DNA from: Heterodontus francisci
Taxonomy: Eukaryota
Length of the DNA: 64,000 bases
Assembly: GCF_036365525.1 (NCBI RefSeq)
Contig: NW_027141363.1
Coordinates: forward strand, 248,001 to 312,000
Reading direction: 5' to 3'
Shown: positions 25,843 through 38,157 of the stretch, in pieces
How positions within the stretch are numbered: the stretch's first letter is position 1
How the letters are laid out: every line of letters begins with the position of its first letter
Program-made: the position numbers and the translations under genes
The notes under the pieces: model-generated
The model's input: the letters and a program-made list of their open reading frames with translations, nothing else
What the model was told of the DNA's origin: nothing
The model's database searches: none

Positions 25843-27171
25843 TGGAAACTGAGAATGACCAGGTAATCTGTTTTAGTAAAGTTGGTTCAGGGATGTCTAT
25901 CGCCCCAGATAACCCTCGAGAATCCCCCTGTTATTCTCCGAAATAGTGGCTATGAGATCCTTCCCATCTGCAGTCGGGACCTCGTTTTAACATCTCAGCC
26001 AAAATAAAGAGAGTACCTCGGTGCTACACCTCCACACGGTGCAGCACTTCCTCTGTCCTGCACTGGGGGTGTCAGCCTCGATTTTATGCTTAAATCTCGG
26101 TCCGGGGACTTAAACCCACAAACCTCTGACTCAGTGCCGAGGTGCTCCCCACTAAACCACGTCTGATATATAAAGACACATCAGAGGAAGTGGTCAGTCA
26201 TACAAGATGCTTTGAGGTTCTCCCATCTGTAGAGATGATGAATACTGCATGGCCTTTTGAAACAACCAGCACTCTGTAGACTAATCAGGAAACCAAGAGT
26301 CGGATACACATTTTTTGATGAGGTAACAGAGAGGGTTAATGAGGGTAATGCGGTTGATGTGGTGTACATGAACTTCAAAAAAAGCGTTTGATAAAGTACT
26401 ACATAACAGGCTTGTCAGCAAAGATAACGCCCATGGAATAAAAGGGGCATTATCAACATGGATACAAAGCAACATGGAACAGAGTAGTGGTAAACAGTTG
26501 GTGTTCAGTCTGAAGGAAGGTATATAGTGGGGTTCTCCAGGGACCACTGCTTGTCTTGATCGATATTAATAACATAGACTGGGGTGTGCAGGGCACATTT
26601 GCAAACTTTGCAGCATTGTGAACCGTGAGGAGGATGGTGATAGATTTTAAGAGGACGTTACATCAAGCGACAACATACAAGTGCTGAAAACTATAGCAAC
26701 AGGACGCGAAATCCCGGTCGTGACAAATTCGAATCAAATTTTCTGTGAATGCAGAGTTTAATTCGTCTCCCCCCGTGGAAGAAACGTCAAGCGAAACTGC
26801 CGACAGAGTCCGTTTCTGGAAGACATGTTCCAAGTCCCAAACCTCCTGTTCACAGGTCAGCACGAGCGTGTAATTAAACAGCTGCAATTTGCATTTATAT
26901 ACCGACTTCACCGTCCCGAGATAAACGGCCCGAAGAGCGTAAATCTGACAACTATTTGACACAGAGTTACAGCAGAAATTGTTCGGAGGTGTGGGCCAAA
27001 GCTGGGAAGATTTGGAGGAGAGAGATGTGGAGGGGCTTTGGGAGGGAATGGCAGAGCTGAGGTCGCTGTCAGAGGAAGGAGCGGCTGTGAAATGAAGAAG
27101 CGATCAGGATTAGCGGAGCAATAGCGCCACCTACCGCCCATCGATCGCCAATGCAGCCAATTTCGTTAATT

Positions 27172-27880
27172 CAGTACTGAGGTTTGCTGCATTGTTGGAG
27201 GGTCAGTACTGAGGGAGTGCTGCACTGTCAGAGGGTCAGTACTGAGGGAGTGTTGCACTGTTGGAGCGTCAGTACTGAGGGAGTGCCGCACCATCAGATG
27301 GTCAGCACTGAGGGAGTGCTGCACTGTCCGAGGGTCAGTACTGAGGGAGTGCTGCATGTCAGAGTGTCAGTACTGAGGGAGTGCTGCACTGTCAGAGGGT
27401 TAGTACTGAGGTAATGCTGCACTGTCAGAGGGTCAGTACTGAGGGAGCACTGCACTGGCAGAGTGTCTGTACTGAGGGAGTGCTGCATGTCAGAGTGTCT
27501 GTACTGAGGGATTGCAGCACTGTCAGAGGGTCAGTACTGAGGGAGTGCTGTTCTGTCAGAGTGTCAGTACTGAGGGAGTGCTGCACTGTCAGAGGGGCAG
27601 TACTGAGGGAGTGCTGCACTCTCAGATGGTCAGTACTGAGGGAGTGCTGCACTGTCAGTGGGTCAGTACTGAGGGAGTGCTGCACTGTCTGAGTGTCCGA
27701 ACTGAGGGAGTGCTGCACTGTCAGAGGGTCAGTACTGAGGGAGTGCTGCACTGTCAGAGGGTCAGTACTGAGGGAGTGCTGCACTGTCAGAGGGTCAGTA
27801 CTGAGGAAGTGCTGCACTGTCCGAGGGTCAGTACTGTGGGAGTGCTGCACTCTCAGAGGGTCAGTACAGAGGGAGTGCTG
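27172..27880. repeat. 33-bp minisatellite (~21 units) derived from a Deu-domain SINE
   Basis: Unit ACTGAGGGAGTGCTGCACTGTCAGAGGGTCAGT, continuing into SINE-like GAGATTTTAAACC...TGTCTGCC. Confidence 0.9.
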
Positions 27881-29093
27881 AATTTGCACCTGAGATTTTA
27901 AACCAGCGGCTTGTCTGCCTTCTCAGGTGAGACACACTTTATCCCTTGGACTGTGTCCTGAGGCAAATCGCAAAGAAACAGGCCATTCGGCCCAACAGAT
28001 TCATGCTGGCGTTCATCCTCCACACGAGCTTCCTCGCTCCCGTCTTCATCTCACCCCATCAGTAGATCCTTCCAAATCTGCCACACCCCCATTTGTTTAT
28101 CCAAATTCCCTCTTGAATACATCTCCGCTATTCGCCTTACCCCACTCCTTACATCCTCCCACTCTCTGGGTAAAGAAGTTTCTCCTGAATTGCCGATTTT
28201 ATTTATTAGTGACTATCTTTCTATTGATGGTTCGGAGTTCCTGACTCCCCCACAAGTGAAAACATCTTTTGCACGTCTACCCTATCAAAAACTCTTTCAT
28301 AATCTTAAATCCCTCCATCAGATCACCCCCTCAGCCTTCTGTTTACAGCCCTTCCTGATAATAATAACCTCTCAGTTCTGATATCATCCTTGTCATTATT
28401 TTTTTGCCCCTTCTCCTGTATCTCTCTAGCTCTTTAAAATGAATACCAGAACTGGGAAAAGTGTTCTAACTGTGGTCTAAGCTAGATTCTATACAAGTTT
28501 AACATGACTTCTCATCGCTCTATAATGTCCAGGGAACATTTAGAAGCAGCAATGGATTCCTACTTTGTGCCATGTTTGCAGAAGGACAAAGGGAAATGTA
28601 CTTACTTTGATGACTCCATAATCGCCTTTCTTTGAAAATGTTTTGTGTCCATATCCCAATCCTTCATTCAACGTCCGCCTTTATTGTTAGACATTTGTTG
28701 AACCTCTTCAACCCAGAACCTTGCGTTACCTTCATCTGAAGAGCAAGCAGCATAAGAACCGAACAAAAGAGTAAAACCCTTAATGTTAGAGTTGAGGACC
28801 AGGTGCATGGGCTTTGGGTGTTGGTGTGCAGACAGATCAGCTGAAATGATAACAGCACCGCAACAGAACACCTGGGAACTTGCACACCCCTGGTTTGGCA
28901 GACCTGGGACTGTCTGAGTGATAGGTTAAGAGATTGCAGTGTGCACGATTTACTGTATACATTAAGAGTGTTCTGTTTGAGGACCCGTAGCCAGTGCTTC
29001 CTGAGATCCTGCAGGTTGTGGAGGGAAAATGCAGGTAAAGAAAAGGGTAAGGAACGGAGGCAGGGATTGGGATAAGGGGTGAATTGAGAGGGA

Positions 29094-29300
29094 NNNNNNN
29101 NNNNNNNNNNNNNNNNNNNNNNNNNNNNNNNNNNNNNNNNNNNNNNNNNNNNNNNNNNNNNNNNNNNNNNNNNNNNNNNNNNNNNNNNNNNNNNNNNNNN
29201 NNNNNNNNNNNNNNNNNNNNNNNNNNNNNNNNNNNNNNNNNNNNNNNNNNNNNNNNNNNNNNNNNNNNNNNNNNNNNNNNNNNNNNNNNNNNNNNNNNNN
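29094..29300. other. Assembly gap (N run)
   Basis: Run of N. Confidence 1.
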
Positions 29301-30450
29301 NAATGGCCTCCTCCTGTTCCGGTGTAACAGATTCAAGAGGGGCTGAATGTCCTCCTCCTGTTCCTGTGTAACAGACTGCAAAGGGCCTGATTGTCCCGCT
29401 CCTGTTCCTGTGTAACAGACTCGAGAGGGGCTGAATGTCCTCCTGCTGTTCCCGTGTAACAGACTGGAGAGGGGCTGAATGTCCTCCTCCTGTTTCTGTG
29501 TAACAGGCTCTAGCGGGGCTGAATGTCCTCCTCCTGTTCCTGTGTAATAGACTGGAGAGGGGCTGAATGTCCTCCTCCCGGTCATGTGTAACAGACTGGA
29601 GAGGGGCTGAAAGTCCTCCTCCTTTTCCTGTGTAACAAGCTCGAGAGGGGCTGAAAGTCCTCCTCCTGTTCCTGTGCAACAGACTGGAGAGGGGCTGAAT
29701 GACCTCCTCCTGTTCCTGTGTAACAGGCTCGAGAGGGGCTGAATGTCCTCCTCCTGTTCCTGTGTAACAGGCTCGAGAGGGGCTGAATGTCCTCCTCCTG
29801 TTCCTGTGTAACAGGCTCGAGAGGGGCCGAATGTCCTCCTTCTGTTCCTGTGTAACACACTGGAGAGGGGCTGAATGTCCTCCTCCTGTTCCTGTGTAAC
29901 AGACTGGAGAGGGGCTGAATGTCCTCCTCCTGTTCCTGTGTAACAGACTGGAGAGGGGCTGAATGTCCTCCTCCTGTTCCTGTGTAACAGACTGGAGAGG
30001 GGTTGAATGTCCTCCTCCTGTTCCTGTGTAACAGACTGGAGAGGGGCTGAATGTCCTCCTCCTGTTCCTGTGTAACAGACTGGAGAGGGGCTGAATGTCC
30101 TCCTCCTGTTCCTGTGTAACAGACTGGAGAGGGGTTGAATGTCCTCCTCCTGTTCCTGTGTAACAGACTGGAGAGGTGCTGAATGTCCGCCTCCTGTTCC
30201 TGTGTAACAGGCTCGAGAGGGGCTGAATGTCCTCCTCCTGTTCCTGTGTAACAGGCTCGAGAGGGGCTGAATGTCCTCCTCCTGTTCCTGTGTAGCAGAC
30301 TGGAGAGGTGCTGAATGTCCTCCTCCTGTTCCTGTGTAGCAAGCTCGAGAAGGGCTGAATGTCCTCCTTCTGTTCCTGTGTAACAGACTGGAGAGGGGTT
30401 GAATGTCCTCCTCCTGTTCATGTGAAACAGATTTGAGAGGGGCTGAATGC
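29301..30450. repeat. 44-bp minisatellite (~26 visible units) immediately 5' of D1
   Basis: Unit GAGGGGCTGAATGTCCTCCTCCTGTTCCTGTGTAACAGACTGGA, resembling the 3' tail of the local LINE/SINEs. Confidence 0.95.
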
Positions 30451-30596
30451 CCTTTAATTGTGCTACAAAGGTCTAACTAAATTTCAGCACCTCAATCTCA
30501 ACTGCCGTCACCAGGTGAAAGCCTCGGGAGCCGTTTAAGCGGCGGGGACTTGTAAATTTCGCGTTCCTCTTTTTTGTATGAGTGTCTATCACTGTG

Positions 30597-30609
30597 GGGA
30601 CAACAGGGA
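30597..30609 (+). CDS. TRBD: TCR beta D segment D1 (GGGACAACAGGGA)
   Basis: 5' 12-RSS CTTTTTTGT 30569-30577 / CACTGTG 30590-30596. 3' 23-RSS CACGGTA 30610-30616 / ACAAAAACC 30640-30648. Open in all three frames. Confidence 0.97.
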
Positions 30610-31134
30610 CACGGTAATAAAATCCAATGCAACCTCCGTACAAAAACCTCGTTCAACACACCTGGTGGAGGATCAGCAGAAGAGCAGTGACAACAGAGTG
30701 AACGAGTCAACATGGCCCAGGATTATGGCGGGAACTGGGCCCTTTTCATCATAAAGATGTCTCAGAATGGTCCAGCCTTATAAGCTAGAATATTCCTCTG
30801 GAAAAGAGAATAACTGTGTGTCATTTGTGTGGAAACTGGTTACTCTTTAACCTTTAAACCCCACCCTGGTGTCCTGGGACCAATATTGATCCCTCAACCA
30901 ACATCACAAACAATGATCTGCTCATTAATCTCACTATTGTTTGATGGGACTTTCTTGGTACAATATCAGTTGCTGTGTCTCCCTGTGGTGACCACTTCAT
31001 AAACAAACTGCTTCATTGGCTGGAAGCTGCTTTGTACGTCCTGATAATCTTGACCAGTGCTTCCGAAATGCTGAGCAGGTCAGTTTTAGCAATCAGTTTC
31101 CGACCGGGTTGATGTAACGTGATCTGCTGACGTG

Positions 31135-31185
31135 CTAACAACGCACCACTCAACTTCGGGGCCGGCACCAAACTGACGGTGTTAG
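31135..31185 (+). CDS. TRBJ: J1-1 NNAPLNFGAGTKLTVL
   Basis: FGXG motif, GTAAG donor, GGTTGATGT-12-TGACGTG. Confidence 0.92.
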
Positions 31186-31427
31186 GTAAGAAAAAGGGAC
31201 GTTTTTTTCCCACTCCCTTCATGTCCAGCTGTTTGCATTCCAAGCTTGTTCCCCCCCAACCCTCCGCGGGCGGTTTAAAAAGTCAGGCTGATGACACTGG
31301 CCCTTCTTTCTGGTTTGCAAAGACCAGTCCAATATGACCCTCGTCTGTAAACCACCCCGTCCTGTCTCGTTCAGTTACAAGGGGAACATCTCCCGGGTCT
31401 GTTCATGACTGAGTTTAGAGCATCGTG

Positions 31428-31475
31428 CAGCAGAGATAGCTTACTTTGGCGATGGGACCAAGTTGACAGTGTTGG
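31428..31475 (+). CDS. TRBJ: J1-2 AEIAYFGDGTKLTVL
   Basis: FGXG motif, GTAAG donor, TGTTCATGA-12-CATCGTG. Confidence 0.92.
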
Positions 31476-32089
31476 GTAAGGCGACTATGTATTTCTGTTC
31501 CTCCAATCGATCAGAATCTATGTTCAGTTAAAAAAGCACCAGGAGTAATGTTCAGATATTAGATACATTAAAGGGTTAACTCATGAGGACTGGTTACTCA
31601 GACGAAGCTGACAGTCCCTCGAATATAGAATTTTAAGGGCTGATATCATGGAGGGGTTTGAGGTGTTGGATAGATAGAGAGAGAAACTGCTTCCTCAGGT
31701 TGCGGGGAGTCCAGAACAGTTTAAATTATTGCCATTCAGGGATGATATCAGGAAGCACTTCTTCATGCAAAGGTTAGTGGAAATGATGGATTCCACCCCG
31801 ACCCCATAAAAAACAATCAGTTGAGACTGAGGATCAATTGATAAATACAAATCCAAGATTCATAGAGCTGTGTAAAACAAAAGTATTGAGGGTTACAGAA
31901 CCAAGGCGGATTGATGGAGTTAAGATTCAGATCAACCTTGATCGAACTGATCAAAGGGCTGAACGGTCACCTTCTGTCCCCATGTTCCACCGACCTTTAC
32001 GGTCATTGACATAATAGTAACTTCAGTGGAACAGACTTAACAATCCAGAGGGATTGAAGGGGATTTTGTGACAGCCCCATACCAGTGTG

Positions 32090-32139
32090 TTCCAATTACG
32101 AAGCATATTTCGGAGATGGGACCAAACTGGTGGTTTTAG
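32090..32139 (+). CDS. TRBJ: J1-3 SNYEAYFGDGTKLVVL
   Basis: FGXG motif, GTGAGT donor, heptamer CAGTGTG, GGATTTTGT nonamer with a 12-13 nt spacer. Confidence 0.92.
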
Positions 32140-33648
32140 GTGAGTGAATGCATTCCTAACACTGGAAAAGTTGATTCAATTTGGGAATTCACGTGGGGTG
32201 GTCGAGGGGGTGAAAATATAGAAATTTGGTGAATTAATTTCAATTCTTCAGCTTACAAGGGGAGACCTACAACTGCCGAATTCGTTTCACTGCAGGGAAG
32301 GGTTTTGAGTAGATACATAAGGGAGGGTCGCTAAAATAAACAGAACAAACAGTAATGTAGATACAAATAGAATGATTGCGCTTGTGAGAGCAAAACAAGA
32401 GGACACAGACATAGAACGCAAAATGTCAGATTGCATCGTTCAGTATGCAGTTCTGGTCTGCATATTATAAAATAAATGATGTAGAGGCTCTGGATAAGGT
32501 AAAACAAAACAGATTAACAGCTGTGCTGCCCAAACTGGGACGTTATAACTATTGGGGAAGGTCGGACAGATTGGGACTCCGTTCTCGAGAGCAGTAAAGT
32601 TTGAGGGGTGACCTGGTAGAGGTCTGTACGATTTTGAAAGGGGTTTCGATAGGGTAGACACACCGAAGTTTTTTCCACTTGTGGGGAGACCAGAACGGGG
32701 GGGATCATAAATGTCAGATAGTCAGTAATAAATTCAATAGGGAATTCAGGAGAAATTTCTTTACCCAGACAGTGGTGCGAATGTGGAACTCACAACCACA
32801 AGGAGTGGGTTTAAAAAAGTAGATTGGAGAAAAAAAATGGATTAAATGAAGGGGATGAGAGGAGTCTCAAGTGGAGTGTAAACACTGGTATGGAGCAGAT
32901 GGGCGGAATGGCCTGTTTGTGTGTTGTAAATTCTATGCAATTCTATATATTCCCTCTTGGCCTCGAGCAGCAATGGATGAAACCATTTTGAGACACACTA
33001 TTTTCAAGTTACTAATCGAACTGGTGAGCTATCCATATCCAGTGGACAATGAGGTGTCAAGGGCCCCATGACCTTTCCTCATTCACCAGGATAATACCGG
33101 GATTAAAAGAGTTTAATTTATGACGATGTGTTGTTTAAAGTAGGATTGCAGTAAATTGAGAATTGGAGATTCAGGAGTGATCCAATTGATGTGTTTAAGA
33201 TAATGATAGGATCTGATATTTCCTCTGGTGTGACGGGTCCAGAACAAGAGAGCAAAACCTTAAACTGATAGCTTGACCATTCAGGAGTGATGTCAAGAAG
33301 GACCTGTTTGCAAAATGCCCTGTGGAATCCAGAAATCTCTCCCACAGAAAGCTGAGGGAGTCAGTCGAAAATTTCAAATGTGTGGTTGATGATTTTTTGA
33401 TCGGCAAAGATGCTAAAGGTTATGGAACCAGGAAGGCAGGTCGATGGGGTTATGGTACAAATGATTTATAATCTAATTAAATGTCGGAATAAGCACGAAG
33501 GGCTGAATGGTCAACTCCTGTTCCCCAGTTGCTATGTTCCTTTGGACAAAATTTCCTTATACTTGTCGGTTCTCCCTTATTATGAGGGGCTCCTTCGGAA
33601 AAGGACTCAAAGACAGGAGATGTTTTAATACATGAGTTTATCATTGTG

Positions 33649-33698
33649 CTCTGGTGAGATTTATTATTTCGGAGCTGGGACTAAACTCACTGTTTTAG
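33649..33698 (+). CDS. TRBJ: J1-4 SGEIYYFGAGTKLTVL
   Basis: FGXG motif, GTAAG donor, TGTTTTAAT-12-CATTGTG. Confidence 0.93.
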
Positions 33699-33909
33699 GT
33701 AAGATTATGTTTGCACATGTAGATATTTATATATGTAAACATCTCTTTTCATCTGTAAGTCTTTCTATTTCTTTATCTATCAATGTACCTATCAATTTGT
33801 TGGTCTGTGGATCCATCTGTCTGTCTGTTTGTCCATCTACTTATCTATTTGTCTGTCCATACATCTGTCTACCCATCGTTGTATTTTGGTATTGTTGTTT
33901 AGTGCAGTG

Positions 33910-33966
33910 CGGGCGGGTATAACAACCTGCTACATTTTGGGGACGGGTCCACGTTGACGATTTTGG
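33910..33966 (+). CDS. TRBJ: J1-5 GGYNNLLHFGDGSTLTIL
   Basis: FGXG motif, GTGAGT donor, TATTTTGGT-12-TGCAGTG. Confidence 0.88.
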
Positions 33967-34310
33967 GTGAGTTCAGTTTCTTTGTTTTCAATGAAGCAAG
34001 GGTCACCTGTAAACATCTTGCAAGAAGGATTGAATGAATAATTGGGAGGGACTTAGAGAAAATCTCCTATTGTCAGGACTGCCACGGTGGATAACTGACT
34101 AACAGGTCCACATTTAGACGGGGCAGACAGTCTTGGGAATTCTGAGAGTTATAACTGCAAACTGCCTGGTTAGTCCACGAGTTTACATTAACTTACAGTT
34201 AGCTTGCATTAACCAGAGGCCACTATCAAATATTAAGGAATGGGGCAGTGAATTTCTTTTCTTCCAGAAGAGAGTTGGGGAATGTTTTTGTGATGTGAGG
34301 TGATGATGTG

Positions 34311-34369
34311 GGAGCAGGGAGTATTCAGCCTTGTGTATTTTGGAGATGGCTCTAAATTAACAGTCCTGG
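34311..34369 (+). CDS. TRBJ: J1-6 EQGVFSLVYFGDGSKLTVL
   Basis: FGXG motif, GTAAGT donor, TGTTTTTGT-12-TGATGTG. Confidence 0.88.
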
Positions 34370-35089
34370 GTAAGTGAGATGTTCGTCAAAATATGTCTCT
34401 TACTAGCATTGCAAACGTCGACTAGTTTACTCTCTTCAATTTAAAGAAAGGAGAGAGAATGTGATAACAGGCAAAAGAGTAAGCATTGCATTGAAGAAGC
34501 AAGAATGTAAATAGCTAAATGTAGGAGATTGGAGGAGGGCTGGTGAGAGAGGAATTTGCAACCAGAGATCATGGCTGATCTGATGTTGGCTTCGATCCCT
34601 CTTTCCTACCTGTTCTCCATATTCCTTGGCTCCGCTCTCTATCTCAGTCTTGAATGCATTCACGGACTCAGCCTCCACAGCGCTCTGGAGTAGGGAATTC
34701 CAAAGATTCACGACTCCCTGATCGAAGACATTCCTCCTCCACTCCGTCCTAAATGAGTGACCCCTCATTCTGAAACTGCGCCCTTAAATTCTACAGGGGA
34801 ACATCCTCTCTGCATTTACCCTGTCAAGCGCCCTCAGAATCTTAGAGTTTCCCAGAAGACCATCTCCCATTCTTCTTAACTCCAGATGGAGAGCAAACAG
34901 CAGACAGAACTGGAGGGAGATGGGAAATTAGATTTAAAACAATAAAAAAGAGACAGAGACGAGGAGATCAATTGTAACAGAATATAAGATAAAGAGCAAT
35001 AGGGTGGAATAATGAATATAACACAATACAAAATGTTCCAACTATGTTCATCAACTATTGTGTATCGAGTTGAAGAAACGCAAGTTGTG

Positions 35090-35131
35090 TTCCAGGCAAC
35101 ATTGGGGGCAGTTCAAAACTCATGGTTTTAG
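35090..35131 (+). pseudogene. TRBJ: J1-7 relic (NIGGSSKLMVL)
   Basis: FGXG lost, no nonamer, GTAAGT donor kept; flanks are paralogous to J2-7. Confidence 0.65.
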
Positions 35132-36819
35132 GTAAGTGATATAGAGTCGAATTAGCTCTTTAAAGTAAAGTGAAATCAGAGGGCGGAACTGAGGACCTTA
35201 TATATAAACATACACCTTGTATTCGTGTTCAGACTCCATGCATTACTTCCGAGCCCCATATGGAATATTTCCTGAAACAAACTAGAGACGTATTGTGCAT
35301 GTGGAAACCTTGGATATCAGAGGCTGAATGGCCTAATCCAGTCCCTAATGTGGCTAAATCGGCGTAATACGAGTTGATGATAGGAGTGAGGTACAGGGAC
35401 AAATACGTGACAATCAAGAGATTTAGAATGAAGAGTTGAGGAAGCTGGAAAGCAGCTTCGTTGATGAAGGATTGACGAGGAGTTGAGCAAGGGAGTTAAG
35501 CTGAACCTCGATGAATCGCTGGTTAGGTCCCAGCTGGAGAATTGTGAGTGTCACATGTTAGGATGGATCTCAAGGCCTTCGAGCGGTTGCACGAATGATT
35601 TATTCGACTGGTTCCAGCGATGAGGGGCTTCAGTTGCGTCTAGAGACGAGAGCAGAGAAAGTTAAGGGGGGATTTGACAGAGGTGTCCAAAGCAATGAAG
35701 GCTTTGGACACAGTACGTGCTCAGAAACAATTTCCAATGCTCGTAGGTCAGCAAAGGACACTGAGTTAAGGTAATTGACGAAATAAACAGGGGTGATATG
35801 ATGAATAAAACAATTATGCGGTGTGTTGTTATCTGGAATGCGCTGCCTGAAAGGGTGTGGAAACAGACTCAATAGTAACTTTCAAAAGGGGGACTGGACA
35901 AATACTTGAAGGGGAAATTCTTTCCACTGGTGGATGGGTCAATAAACAAAGGTCAGATATTTAAAATCATTGACAAAAGATCTACAAGGACAATTACTAG
36001 ATTCCTTTTCACTCAGAGTTGTCAGAATTTGGGACACTCTAACTGAAGCAGAATGCGGACTCTATGTTTAATTAAAAGTTACAGGAACATAGGATCATCG
36101 GTACACAGGAGCAGGAGTAGGCCATTCGGCCCCTCGAGTCTGTTCTGCCAATCAATGCGATCATGACTGATCTGTGACCTAACTCTATCTCCCCCCATTG
36201 CCCCATAATCCCTTCATAGCTGTGGTTAACAAAAATCTATCAATTTGAGATTTAAAATTGACAATTTTTCCAGCAGAAGAGAGTTCCAAACTTCTACCAT
36301 CCTTTATGTGAAAAGATGTTTTTTAAATTTCACGCCTGAAAAGTTCTGGCTCGAATTCTTAGACTCTGTCCCGTAGATCTAGACTGCCCAACCAATGGAG
36401 ATCGTTTCTCTCTATCTACATCATGTATTCCCCTTAATATCTTGAAAACTTTGCTCAAACCACCCTCTAACCTTCTCTTTTCCAAAGAATAGGAAATGTG
36501 TAATCTTTCCTTGCAATTTAACCCTTGGCGTCCAGGTATCAGTCTGTTTAATCTACACTACACTTGCCCCAAGACCAGCATATCTTTCCTAATGTCTGGT
36601 GCCCATAAATGCTCAGAGGAACTCCAGATGTGGTGTAACCAGGGCTTTGTATAGCTGAAACACGACTTCTACCTCATTCTACCTATTAACTATTTTGCTT
36701 TACTCTTAACTGCTTTCTCAAATAGCCACTCAGTTGTCAAGGACAACCAGGCATGGGTAACAAATGCTGGCCTTGTCAGTGACGCCCACATCCCATGAAT
36801 GAGTTAATAAAAATCGCCT

Positions 36820-37025
36820 CCATCCCCCGACAGCCCTCCCTATCCCTTTAACCTCCTCCAGCCCCTACAACCCTCTCTATGTCTGTAACCACCTCCAGTC
36901 CCGTCAGCCCTCCCTATGTCTATAACCTCCTCCATGCCCCTACAACCCTTCCTATCTCTGTAACCTCCTCCAGCCCCTACAACCCTTCCTATCTCTGTAA
37001 CCTCCTCCAGCCTCTACAACTCTCC
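36820..37025. repeat. Degenerate ~37-bp C-rich tandem repeat (similar at ~47095-47250)
   Basis: Recurrent CCCTACAACCCTTCCTATCTCTGTAACCTCCTCCAGC. Confidence 0.7.
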
Positions 37026-37320
37026 GAGATCATTGTGATCCTGAAATTCTGGACTGCCCGATTTCCATCAATCCACCATTGAGAGCTGTGCACTTAACCA
37101 CTCAGCTCTGCACCTTTCATTCCATCCACCTTGACGATACTAACATACATGATCTTTTTTGCATGTCAGAACACACCCGAAGGGCTGAACAGTCTATTTT
37201 TGTTCCCGTGCTGCTGGCAGCCAATATTCCTGTACTTGTATGTTCTCCATTGTTGTGAAAGGTTCTCTTGGGATAGAACCACAGAGAGGTGAGAGGCTTT
37301 ATTCAGGGATTTAGCTTTTG

Positions 37321-37362
37321 CTCTGCTGATATTAATACTTCGGAATTGGATCTAAGTTTTAG
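37321..37362 (+). pseudogene. TRBJ: J1-8 pseudogene (paralogue of J1-4/J2-4)
   Basis: YFGIGSKF* after a deletion; heptamer decayed to GCTTTTG. Confidence 0.75.
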
Positions 37363-37521
37363 GTAATATCCCATCGACATAAATGTGCAAATATCCATTG
37401 TTCGATCGATCCACAATGTATCTGTGCATCCATCCATGTGTTTAGATATCGATACATTACTTGTTTGAAACTGTACCTGTCTACCCAACGCTGTGTTTTG
37501 GTACTGTTGTTTAGTATAGTG

Positions 37522-37578
37522 TAGGCGGGAACACCCAGCCTCTACATTTTGGGGAAGGCTCGACTCTAACAGTTTTGG
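37522..37578 (+). CDS. TRBJ: J1-9 GGNTQPLHFGEGSTLTVL
   Basis: FGXG motif, GTGAGT donor, TGTTTTGGT-12-TATAGTG. Confidence 0.9.
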
Positions 37579-38099
37579 GTGAGTTAGATGTTTATTCGAT
37601 TAAGCCAGGATGGCTGGGTTCCAATTGCCTGTGTCATGCAGATGTTCCGTCCATGGCTCTCTGCTCCTTTTCTCCAGCAGGAGAGATGAGAATGACAAGG
37701 GAAGAACGTAGGTAAGGCAGTTTCCCGTTACTTTCGTCAGAACAAGACGATAGCCGAACCCCTGCTGTTGACCTTGCTCTGAATCACACGTGAGCCATCT
37801 AGCTAACCAAACTAATCGGTCCCCATCCTGCATGCACAACTTACTTAATAATTATGACGAACTCCAAGTAAAAGTTTCCAGTATTGTCAGAGCTGTATCT
37901 GTGGACATCTGACTAACTGGTCCATACATTGATGGAGAGCCAGTATTGGGAATGTTTCGAGTTTTAATTGCCAACTACGCCGGTTAGTTTATGAGTTTAC
38001 TTTGGCCAATGACACTCAAAGGCCCATATCAAATATTAATGATCGGGACAATGCAAATTAGCAGGACGCTATTGAGGAATGTTGTGACATGGTGATGTG

Positions 38100-38157
38100 G
38101 GAGCAGGAAGTAACCATCCATCATATTTTGTAGATGCCACGAAGTTAACGGTCCTGG
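38100..38157 (+). pseudogene. TRBJ: J1-10 ORF/pseudogene GAGSNHPSYFVDATKLTVL
   Basis: FGXG changed to FVDA; nonamer/spacer deleted relative to J2-6; donor intact. Confidence 0.8.

Noticed and set aside
27166-27901. Repetitive ORFs / CRISPR-like array
   Set aside because: Head-to-tail 33-bp units with no unique spacers, in a vertebrate locus; a SINE-derived minisatellite.
28837-30421. Long minus-strand ORFs (501, 298, 279 aa)
   Set aside because: Translations of the 44-bp minisatellite, two of them running through an N gap; not genes.
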